Source: Balanoglossus misakiensis | Taxonomy: Eukaryota; Animalia; Hemichordata | Direction: 5' to 3' | Assembly (NCBI GenBank): GCA_040954595.2 | Contig: CM082586.2 | Span: 2,981,124 to 3,045,123 of the forward strand | DNA length: 64,000 nt | Shown: one piece after another, positions 52,126 to 64,000 of the stretch | Layout: each line of letters opens with the position of its first letter | How positions within the stretch are numbered: position 1 is the stretch's first letter | The notes under the pieces: model-generated | What the model saw: only the letters and a program-made list of their open reading frames with translations | Database searches by the model: none | Told to the model about the DNA's origin: nothing | Position numbers and translations under genes: made by a program

Positions 52126-55100
52126 AGACTTCAGATGAAAACTCTAGTTTTTATGCGAGACTGCCGTTGTGCAAATTTTATCAACCAATAATTCTATAGA
52201 TGTATTTAATAGCAGCGAACACTATCAAATTCAACACAGCAAAATTTGTATCATTATGAAACCTTGATTTTTGTATTGCATATTTTTAACAGGTTACTAC
52301 AGAAACCAGGTGTACATTTTAAGTTCTTGTATAACATTGTCGCTTTTTAACAGTTTTGTTCAGTAACTGTATGTCTGTATGCTATGAGAAAGCATATATA
52401 AGTTATGCATAACAATTTGTGGAACATAAAAACATAAAAATAAAGAATTCTCAAATTTTAGAAATACCTTCAAGTGTTTGCATGCTTCATTTTCCCCATA
52501 CAATTCGACTTTTTTTATCTGTACAGTCAGGTCTTGTTTGGTGGCTGACAATATCTCCCTCTAGAGTCAATATCGTACGAACTTTTGTTTTTATACCATT
52601 GACAACGGAGTGGACTGTATCAGCATAGAACTGATTCACAGGCAGGAACCACAAGTGGCCCATGCTACGAAATTCTCTGATTGGCTCTCGCATACAGGTG
52701 CATATTCTCTGAACCAATAGCAACGCAACTAGAATCCTCCAAGCTTGAATTTACTTTTAAAATTTATTGCCAGTTCTTTTGTACACTATACAACATATTT
52801 TGAAAAAAAAAGTAGCAAATAAATATACAGAATAATTTTTTACATATTAATCCAGCGGAACCTCTTTCCATGGCATAGCATGTAAACATCAACAAATAAA
52901 AACAATAAAACTGGTTGTCTATTTCCCCACAGTGGCTGGCTTAAGTGGCCATGCTAGTGTTGTTCTGTTTCTTCAATATTTCAGTCAGTAGAATTTTTTT
53001 GTCCTAAAGTTGGCTGCTAATACGTTTGATGATGAGTTTTGTCTGATCTCAATATTGGTTGAATGCCAAAATATTTTTATTGAAGGTGGGAGGGGGGGGG
53101 GGGAGACACAAAGCCAACACACTGAATACATCTTGATTTAGGATCAACTCAAAAATTTTGCTAATTCAGACCATTCCATTATGAGGGATATTAGGGGTGG
53201 AAGGGGCAACAAGTGTGCTACCGAGGACTACTGGAAGATTCCTCGAAGAATTATTCAATTCAGAAATGGCAGTAATTCTTGAGAAATCTCGGCTTCACCA
53301 CTCGCTTAAAACGTCTCGCAACCGACACAACATTTTCTGCACGACACAGAGTGATGTCTGCCGGTGTCTGGAAACCACAAAGCACTAACTAAAACACACA
53401 AGCCAACAACCCTGGGGGCATCTGCTGCCCAAATAGACAGCAAAAAAGAAAACTCTACCATCAGGACTTGAACTGATCACTGACACGCAAACCAACCTTC
53501 ATTTTCTCCACTGTAAATGAAATGCACCTCCATAAGACATTAATATACATAAACTCTCTAATAAAAAATGGGGTGAGTGCAGTCCGAGTTACGAGAGACT
53601 GCTATGCTTCATCAGGTAGATTGTTACAATGGTTTAAAAATCTTTAAAAGTCGTCACCCTTTTAAAAACTGGCCAACGACATGCCTCTATCTAGTTTTGC
53701 CACTAATAGATCCTTCTAGTTGGTGCACGGCCATCTTGTGTGAACAATTAAGATACAAAAATTTCTTGTTCCTTGTGACTTCGTTTTGTTTGTATTGATT
53801 TTTTTTTACAATCTTCCAAAAACCATGGCAGTGCAACAACTGGATGTAAACACCATCAGAGATCACCAGCAGCTTCAAGAACAACCCATTTGCGGTAAAG
53901 GCTTTGGCTTTCATGCGACACAATGGAAAACCATGATTCTTAATTTACAAAAAAACAAGTTATTTTCATACTAAAAAAATTACTCCACTGTGTAAAATTA
54001 AAAAAAAAATAGTGTTCAAGGTGGAAACAAAGAGAAAGCTGCATCAGTTTAAAAATTTTCCGACACATCATCAGACACCTCAAAAAAGCCAGAATCTGTC
54101 TTGAAGTTCCCAAGGGTGAGGGCTGTCAAACCAACATATGTTAAAAACAAAAGCATCAATGCCACCACCTCTAGAGGGCACGAGTTAGCATGTATACATA
54201 ACACAAGACCTGGTTCGACTGGACTAAAAAATTCTGAAGGCTATAAAGATTTTCCATTTACAAACTGGTCTCAGGATTGGCAAAAAAATAAACCTCTCTT
54301 GAACCATCTTCAAAACAGGTGCATTCATGTTTTGTTATTTAGTAATTAAAAATATAATCAATAAAATATTTGGCTGCATAATTACAAGCAATTTTTGAAA
54401 TAAACAATTCTTGACAAGTTACATACACTGTAGCATTTTCACAATGGTTGTTGTTGTTTGTTACCTCCATGAGTATTTTTAGCACCAGATTCTATCCTCC
54501 CAACATGCTGGTCGTTATTCAGACGAGTCCCGCACTGACAATGCAAGATTTCAGCATAACACTGCTTCGTGCTCCTGTTGTAAACGTAGCGAGTTTATCG
54601 GGACAAAGCCACGGTCACAGCCAGTGTCCAAAAGGGCAATCTTGAACTTGACTCTTCTCGTTTCCTTGCAGACTCACTTTCGGTGTAATGGAAATCCAAA
54701 CATAAAATGTAGGGCAGACTGTTTTCCCGAAATCTTCGAATGCGATTTTTCTCGAATTATCCACGCAGAAACAACCAGCAACGCGTAGTCTAATCCATTC
54801 TCCGAAGTACGATGCCTTTGAACTCCCAAACTTACATAGCGCGTCTGCGAGATTCGCAATGGGTAACACAGGCGAAAGTCTTCAATTCACACGAAGGTGT
54901 TGTTTGTTTTTGTGTGTAAAAAATAAAACCCTGCTGTTTGTTAAAATCATCTGCCAGAGGTTTCTGACACAAGTACACTTCATTCAAAAATGACGTAAAG
55001 AAAACAACAGTAAGCAAAAACACAGTGACGTTTGCATATGTCGCAATCCACTACTTTACATTGCCTAACATTAAGTTTTCGTTAGTTGTTAGTTTGTAAA

Positions 55101-56008
55101 AAAAAATAGGGGGGGGGGGGGTTTACTTGGAGGGATAAAATGTCTTGGTGTATGAAACCATTTTGTCGTGTTTACAACTCAAGCTTTAAAACCTACTAAC
55201 ATAAAGCCAGTATCATTCTAGCCTCTTTGTTTCCAACAATAATTTGACATTATAGTAGAAAATCTGTGCAATTTGCTGATTCTGAAACACCACCATTTCT
55301 ATATATACACCTGATGGAGAAGATTATGCTGAGAGATCCTTACAAAATCTCTATGCCATATTTGGCAATATGCTGTGATCATGTGATCAACAGCTACATT
55401 AAAATTCATGATGTCATTAAAAAGGCCTAATTCTATTGGACAGTTCCATTGTTATGTAAAAAAACACAGCAAATGGCAAATATGGATACAGAGTAGATCT
55501 TCCTCAGAGGGTGATCAAATATGTCAATACATTCCACGACATATTGCCCGATTTTGAAGACATGATGTAATTCCGGGAATTTAACATGCCAAATGAGGAT
55601 TTAAGTTATGGAATATTCTTGTTAGAGTTCTATTAAAGTTAGACGACAGCATTAGCAACCTTGCACATACACATTAAACACATCAGGCAAAATGTGTTCT
55701 TGACCTAATTTGCATTACTGGAATACGCCATACACTCAAAATATCAAAAAAGAAAACACAAAGGTGTTTCGTATTTCAGATTTTTGGTAATTACTTGTAT
55801 GAAAATATGCATATTTGTTCTTTTTTATCTCTCAACTCATGATTAGAAGTAGCTCACAATGTATAAATGCTTTATTAACATCTAACTTACCATTCTTGTG
55901 GGTTTGTTTTTTTTAATTCTCACAAAAATAATCTCTCTGTGTTCCCCCCCTCTCTCTGGACAATTTAATAAGATTTCCTATATACTAAAACCCTAGCCGG
56001 ATTTATCA

Positions 56009-59000
56009 TCATGACCACGTCCTGGGTTTCGCTTCCACGAGTTCAATCTGTTTGTAGCGCTTGCGCACATTGGACACGGGGTCCTTGTATAGAACAGGGT
56101 CGAGTCGCATCTGCGAGCGCATCAACGGCATGTAGCCGAAGTGACTCACGAACTCGTTCATGCACGTTTGCCGATCGGCGAAGTGCTGAGGCTCCAGCCA
56201 CAGTGGGAGCTGCGCGGACGGGTCCAACGTCTGCAGCATGGTCTCCTTGTACTGTTTCTTCTGGGTGACCTTGATGGGTGGGAGTTTGGTGACGTGAGCC
56301 ACCAGCATGTTCATGAGGAGGTCCTCGCAGTTGCCCAGTTCGTCCACGCGGTGGCGCAACTTGGCCGGCAGGTAGTGAGTGAAGAGGTGGTTGTAATACC
56401 TGTGTGCAGTGTGGGGAAAGAAACAGCAATAAAGTAAGAATTGTTAATTGTGTGATTCACAAGTGTGTGCTCTGATGATGACTGGAGATATCTCAGTTTA
56501 CAGTAGACAAGACTTTACCAGGGGGTGTGCACACCCTTATTGTAAAGGGGATGGTTGGCTTACGTGTGATAGAAAGCTGCTCCTGTGAGCACCATGGAAT
56601 AATCGTTGGTCCATTTGGAGGTGTATCCCCATTTTGACTTGGCTTCATCCCAGTAATGATTCCTGGCTGGGTAGCCCACAATTCTCTCTGGAAACGACTG
56701 CCATACTGAAAATGCAAAATCAACCTACAGGAGCAAACATATGAACACTTTTCAGTGATACTCATTTGCTCATAGGGTACATTGATGTTGGGTTAGGCTG
56801 AAAAACTTCAGAACAGCAAAAATTGTAGGTCAGTCATCTGAACCAATGAAAATGACAAGCTGTATCATGTGATCAGCAGCTCCACCAATCAACAACATGT
56901 AATCTCATCACATGACCACACTCACCTCATCTGTTGACAGCATGGCATCATCATCTAAGCTAAGGACTGCATTTGTCTCTATGTGATCATAGGCAACAAA
57001 TCTACTACTTACAGTCTGTGAAAAAAAACCAACAACACAAAACAAGCATTAATCTTTGCAACATTGCGTTGAGCACCAGAAGTTGATGAGTGTTTGAAAT
57101 TCAGATCATGTAAATAATTACTGTACACTGAAACGACTTGGCCATGACTCATTGAAACGACGCTATAAAACTCTAAACGGACATGACACTGAAATCACTT
57201 TTTATTAAGGAAGCTCTAAAACTTGACATTCCACTGTGTCAGGTGTACGTTGCTGCATTAATGAAGACATTTCCCGGTGAGGCCATAAACAATGATGAAA
57301 TTTTCTCTGCTGTGTAAACAGCCCTGTACGATTGCAAACAAATTAATGGGTTATAATGGAGGAAGGAGAATTTGAAAACAATGGTTGCATTGATTGAGAA
57401 TATCATACTTTATGGTATTTAGCTCGCAAAAATATTGCAAGTGATTTATTGATTTTCTTGGAATGCAGCTGGAGAACACAGCAATTTCTATTACTTTTGA
57501 AAGTGACCCCACTTAACCCACAACACAGCAAAGAATGCAAAACTTGTTCCCCTGGGGATGCACTCTGCCATTAGATAATGGGACGATACTTGCATGCTTC
57601 CCATGTTTAACATTGTTCATAATGGGAGATAAAAATTCAAGTCACAACCATATGCAATAACAGGGACCATATAACGGTACATGTATATGACACTCACCTT
57701 ATAATCAGTATCTACAATTGCAAGTGGTACACCAGTAACTGGCCATTTGCTTTTTAAAGGTACAGGCCTATCTACGTTCCATAGCACCAAAATCTGGATC
57801 AAAGACACACACAAAAACGTGAATAAATACATGAGATTTCAATCCTATCTTTCTACCATGTTATGGCAATAACTGTTATCAATTTGACTGATACTCAATG
57901 ATATTTACAAGTGTCCTTCCACAAATCATGACAATTCATTTTCATCACATAGATGGACACACAGACAGACACAATCAGACACACAGACATGCACGCAGAC
58001 AGACAGACAGACAGACAGACAGGTTGAAGGACACTCCTCACAGAATTCACTTTCTCGCCAGAAACCAGAGATCCATCGGAGTCACACAGTCCCTAAGCAG
58101 ATGGTTCTTCAATCAAGGCACTTTCATACCCCACATAATTAGCAATCGGCATTCCGGGAGAAAAAAAAACTGCTCTTTTAACTCCCGGGGACATATTTTC
58201 ACACATCTCACCAGTTTGTAGGTCACCTTGGAGATTCATACTTACTTTTGCCACATAGGCAGACTTTGAAACATTTTTAATGAGTTTGACGATGGAGGCT
58301 GATTGTGTTAAGATGGGCGACGTTGCCAGAATAACTGCTGTAAATGACGACGATGGCTTGACGCCCAAAGCCAGCGTGTAAAACGGAAAAGATGCTAGAC
58401 TTTCAGAATACTGTGGCAGGGTCACCAATGCCCCTGGAGGCCGATTCCACACAAATTCATCTCGGGCGATTTGTTTATGTACTCTGTCTTGAATAATCTG
58501 CCGAGGAGAGAAAACGAGAAATCAGTTCACTGAAATGTTAAATGCACTCTGTCTGCCAGGGCAGAGACACATAATCGATTTACTGAAACCTTCAATGCAA
58601 AGACAAATCCCAACTGTCTGCAACAAAACACGACAGTAAATTTGATTTGGAACGGGCAGACAGCGTCAACAAATTTGCCAGGAAAGTAGCTGTGCACCAT
58701 GTGGTGTTTTTGCTGAATTCCGAAGGGACTACTCAGCTTTTCTGCTGTATACAAACTATCAAAGCCCCATTTATCAGAGCTTTGACCCCCTATATGCCAC
58801 TGTACTTTGGACTAACCCCAAGGGGGTTTTCAGTGGCGAGGTTGCAACCCAAAGAACAGTATGATGGGTGTGTTAAAGGTTTATCGCCAAAACATGCTAC
58901 TATTTTGAGTCTGTGTACTATAATCAAGGCGTTTCCCTCAAATTCACACTCAAGCAATGATACTTGCCATTTGTAGAATTTCACTTAACATCACACATGC

Positions 59001-59289
59001 AGACAGACACAATGACACCTACCTCCAGAGTTGTCATGACAATTTTATCAACAGAAGAAAAGTAGGCTTCCCACAGGAATTGAGTTTGTTGGCGCAGGGT
59101 CATAATTTCCTGGTTGCTTATAGAGCGCACAATTGAAGGGATCTGAAAGTAGAACATGTAAATCTGGATTGTTAAAGTAAAGGTGACAGACAGCAAAATA
59201 ACTACCACACATGCATGCCATTGCCTATACTCGGTTTCACAAACTAATCAAGCAAGTCATATTTTACTAAACATTCATGTGTGTGTAAA

Positions 59290-59324
<35 letters not shown>

Positions 59325-59758
59325 ATGTATGTATGTATGTATGTATGTATGTATGTATGTATGTATGTATGTATGTATGTATGTATGTATGTATGTATGT
59401 ATGTATGTATGTATGTATGTATGTATGTATGTATGTATGTATGTATGTATGTATGCATGTGCTATTTTCCTTCATAATGTTATAAAGCCCTATCTCTCTT
59501 ACTCTCAGATTGGTATTACCTCATTCAGAACGCAACTTGACAAAATCTTAACTCACCTGTAAGAGTAATCGTTCATCCCCAATTATCGTGGCTCTATCCC
59601 AGTCTATGACTTCCGAGAAAGGCAGCTCCCACCCATTGCTAAGTAAAACCGGTATGCATGCAGCTTGTAAAGACTCTAGAAATCGGAAGGAGCCCAGCCT
59701 CCTCCCTCTTGGCACTAAACAAAATGTAGAGTTATGCAGGAGTATGTGGAAATCGTAT
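56009..59758 (-). CDS. EXT1: Exostosin-1 glycosyltransferase, 3' exons only (5' exon lies beyond the window end)
   Basis: [96 protein letters not shown]. The 59759-64000 stretch has no recognisable coding exon, consistent with a long first intron. Confidence 0.96.
59290..59455. repeat. Compound (TGTC)n(TGTA)n microsatellite, intronic
   Basis: About 8 TGTC units followed by more than 30 TGTA units. Confidence 0.99.
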
Positions 59759-62700
59759 CTGCAAGAAACAGAAGAGAGAGAGAGGAATTTGTTAGAAACT
59801 CGGCAGGCTTATAGTCAATGTCAATGTCAACGTACATGGAATATACATGTACTGATAAATGTTTGGTAACAAAGTGTAGGATATTGGGGTCAGAGTTGAC
59901 CCAACCAAATTTATACAAGAACCTCATGCCAGACAGGTCAGTACGGACAGCAGCTTTGTCTCCTGCCCTCTAGAGGCAGACCTCTCTACTCATAGAGAGG
60001 TTCTTTCTACTGTCTAGCATCCAACTCTGGAGGCAGACACCCTCATCTCTATCCTACTGTCGAAACTTGCTAAATCATGGTGTGAGATGGTAAGCGACCT
60101 CGTACTTAGAGGTTTACAGTATACAACTGTACAGTTTGTGGTATAACTGTATATTTCTGTAAACATCCCTGTACATACTTGGTTGCTTACTGATAGCAAA
60201 CATCGGCAGCCTGACAGTACAGAGGGCCAGATATCTGTCAGACGGCCAAGGTGTCTCTCCTTGTTGATCAGCGCAAATATTTCACTCATGCCTTTTTAAG
60301 AGCGTATTAACTGAAATGTAAACACTTGGGCGAAATAAAAACTGCCCTGGTGTGGGGAATACTCTGTGAACTTTGCAATGGGGTGTCGGAGAGATGGAGA
60401 GAAAATGTGGCGATGAAAGAGAACGGAGGGCTGGGGTGGTGCATACAGAATGGAGTGTGCGAAGGCTACCATGGACAGTGTGCCTGGGAAACACTGGCTG
60501 GTTGCTAATCAGACACCACAGATAAAACCGAATTCCCACAGAGAGACCGACTGGGTTACGACCTTGGTGGAAACACAGCCGAATGGGAGCGATTGGCCAT
60601 GCATCATTTGCAGCCATCAACAAACCCGGGCGCAAGTCATCACACACTCTATAGAACACTATTTTCTTTCTTGTTAATCGGCCATTAGCATGTCTGGAAC
60701 GTTTTGTATGCTCCGCGAGAGCTTTGTAGTGGGAGGGGGAGAAGGGACCCTGTCAGCAATTAAAGTTAGCAGTGTTACAATGCAAGCAATTTTCATCAAT
60801 GGCTGGCCAGCCTTCGGATGATGAATCTCCCACAGCCCACCACCCGCACCGAGTCTGGAAACTGAACAAGCCATTACTCGGTGTTGATGAACACATTAGA
60901 GAGAAATATCCTCTACATGGAGCAAATATGAAGCAATGGGCTTGCATTTTGAGTATGTTCCATGATTCAGAAAGTCAAACTGAAGGAATTATTACAGTAA
61001 GAATCTCAACAACCATCTGGATATTTGATTTGCTTTTTTCATAGGCAACACAAGCTAAAGTTTTACCAAGCTCAACCAAGACATTCACGGATGGCTGGGG
61101 CTATATCTCGCACTCAGATATGATATGGACTAATGCAACAAGCTCAGGGAGTTCACGTCAGGTCAGATTACCAAACACTGCAGTCTGACAGGCAGACGCT
61201 GGTCGGCTGAGGCTCTGGCCTTTTTGCCTGTTTACTGCTGACACTCACTCAACGAAAATTCACAGTTGGTAGATTGGATAATTGTCAGGGGCTTGTGTCT
61301 AGGGCATGCTGGACCTCACCCAAATCTATTTGCAGCCTTTTAATTGGCTTTTATTGTCCATTCAATCACCAATGATTTACATTTGGGCAACCCTGCATGG
61401 CTGATCTCGGATCTAGGCAAGCTTTTCCATATAGCTTCTTCCTAGATGCATCATGGGTAATTTAGAAACAATACATTATAGCTGGATAATCGCCCGATGC
61501 TGGCTTGTTCTAAACAGCTAAGACAACATGAAGGAAAAATATTTTTCTAAGGAATAAACTGTCGGCACCTGTTAAAATGACCTCTGACCTCATCACAGTC
61601 CAGTAATGACTTTGGTGTTTTGTGTCCGTACACACTGAATCACACAGTCCCGTTACAAGGAGTTTGACTCAGACCAGCTTTGGAGCGAACGTGCAGAAAC
61701 AAATTATGAGGTAAAAGATTACATGCCCTGGGATTGCGAATTTCAAAGAATTTCTCCCAAAACTAATTTGTCAGTCCTCTCTGACTGGTTTCTAAACAAG
61801 AAAACAGGGATGCCATATGCTGAATTTTAACCTTTCACTCGTGAGGAATGCTGTCTGCCACTTGAAACCACATCAGTCCATGGTAGGGGGGAGAGGGGAC
61901 GTCCCTGAATAGAATTACCCGCTACGAAGCAAAACCATGCAATGTGGTCCAATAAACGTGCAAATCTTTCCTTGTTGTATTTGAGGAAAATTAGGATCAA
62001 AGTTTTTCTTGCAAAGCACTTGTGTGACAGACACCAGTCACGTATCTTTTATGTAATCACGACTATGAGTCCATCATTGTTTGATGGTTTTACAAGATTC
62101 TCAAAATCAGAGCAAAGCAATCATTTTTCTGGTTCACTCTAAGGCATCACCAGACTTCAGCATCAAAATCTCAGCTCCTCGGGCAAAAGACGGCCTTCAC
62201 AGCAAGGACACGAACAGCAGGGTTGAATCAGCTGTTATCTGGAAACAAATTTTCTACCCAAACAAGGGCTTGCCAGTTTGCAAACAGTATTTACTGATGG
62301 CCCTGCATAATCCGTCAGGGGGATTGAAACTTTAGGCTCAGTATAAACTCAGAAATAAGTGGGGACAGCGTGGTCGGGAAAGTGGAGAAGACCGCTCTGT
62401 AAATTGACAGCGGTTCTCACATTAACAGAGTTCTCCTTGCGGAATAAGCTGTCATCAGAAACCGGGGCTCTTTCTCATGGGCAGAGTGTGTGGCTGATGA
62501 AATGACTACACCAGCTGTACTGTATATTCCAGTTGTCCGAGGGTCACCTGGGGACACGGAGGCAGTCTGTGAACTTGATAGACTAAACTTTCATTGGACA
62601 TAGGGATATCATTACCACGGCAGACGTACAGGCTAACATTGAACAACTGTAAGCAGTTGAACGTGAACACCCGGTCTCACTCACAAAGGGTTCACTTTAT

Positions 62701-64000
62701 TCTGGTTGTGCGAGGTGACTCAACTTCAAATCAAATGCAAAAGCACATTTGAAGGGGAAACTTTGTTTGTGAAATGCGAGTGTGTGATGACTACAAATTG
62801 TGCAATACCCAACGACACCAACTGGAACAGACCACACCACTGGTTTCAGGTTTGCAATCTTTGACGCACAGTATATCTGCTAAAATTGTACATTGACTTC
62901 GCGATATCGAGTTTCATCAGTTTCCCACGGCCAAATATGGCCATATCATCCCTGATTGAGAGATGACCAGATACCAGCAATCAACTGACCCACTTTACAG
63001 CGGATGTCTAGTTAGAGACGATTATTCAGTCTTCGAGAATCACACTTTATTTTTATAACCAATTATGCATGGCCAGGCTGATGCCGTCTTAATTTGTCAT
63101 CAGATCCATTTATTCAAAAGTCGTTCTTTTTACAAACCAGCACCTTGCCTTTTTGTACCGAACACATTAGCACCAGGCTCAGACCTCATCAAGATCGTTA
63201 TCAGCTGTGACTGAAGTCATTAACTGAGCTGGACTTTTCACCCTGCTACAATAGATGGGTCATTTATCTGTCGGAAGTCAACATTATCTTACTGTTTGTC
63301 TTTTCACTTCGATTCAAGGGGTTTCTTTTTGACACTTCTTAGAAAAAAAGTCATACATCGAGTCATTAGCAAAAATGATGCAATATGCACAATTAAAGAA
63401 AATGAAAAATCTCAGAGAAAGCAGGCAAAATCCTTCAAGTTGTAGGAAAACGCGTGATAAGCGTGGTCCTTACGCGACACTGGAAAGCTATTAGTCTGTT
63501 GGAAAACTTGGAACAATGTCTCCCTTTTGATACATTGTATCATTGTTAGGTAATGGAGGTAGCTACAATGTAGCCCTCTGGCCAATGGAACTTTGGGAAG
63601 CCCTCCTAGCCAAGCACAGAAAAATTACATAGACGCAGAGCAACATACAATCTGAAGTCTGCTATCACGTGTATTCTCCTTCATCAGTGAGAATGGTAAT
63701 CTTTAATAGACAGCTTTCTGGGCAAGAAAGGTGTCTTCACTTAATCTAATATTCATGAGGGATCCTTTTGCTGAGGAGTAATGAAGCCATGAGCGAACAT
63801 TAGCGAGCACCAAAGTCCAACCACAATGACTTCACAGCTCAGCTGCTCGGATTTTAACTGCAGTGTCAATCACACCAATTGAACTCTTGTGTTGTCTTTT
63901 CTCTCTCTCTCTTTTTTTTACCCCAGCACAACTCTGCTCCAGGGGATGCTATTTCAAGACTGCTTAACCCGAATTCAACAATCAGGAAACGTCGGGGAAA

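Noticed and set aside
52126-56008. Gene between SLC25A32 and EXT1
   Set aside because: AT-rich UTR/intergenic sequence. The ORFs are short and lack coding character.
59183-59562. ORFs with MYVC/HTYI runs
   Set aside because: Translations of the tetranucleotide microsatellite.
59759-64000. Nested gene in the EXT1 upstream intron
   Set aside because: Only short ORFs with no recognisable domains or consistent exon chain.

Overview
Intron-rich animal genomic DNA. It looks like an invertebrate bilaterian, probably a deuterostome, but the species cannot be determined from sequence. The window opens with about 3.76 kb of an 88-bp satellite. Next is a head-to-head pair of putative innate-immune genes that I reconstructed exon by exon with consistent GT-AG phases. 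The minus-strand gene encodes DED + TRADD-N-like + ubiquitin-like + IFI44-like P-loop GTPase + CaaX (about 583 aa). The plus-strand gene encodes Ubl + Ubl + IFI44-like GTPase + CaaX (about 485 aa). The locus carries several IRF/ISRE-type motifs and is the most notable system in the window. The rest is ordinary: a CRAL-TRIO lipid-transfer gene, an intronless class A GPCR, ADI1, two tandem SLC18B1-like MFS transporters, RPL30 head-to-head with WDR35, SLC25A32, and the 3' part of EXT1, plus micro/minisatellites and small MITE-like elements. Domain calls come from motif recognition by eye, not from database searches.
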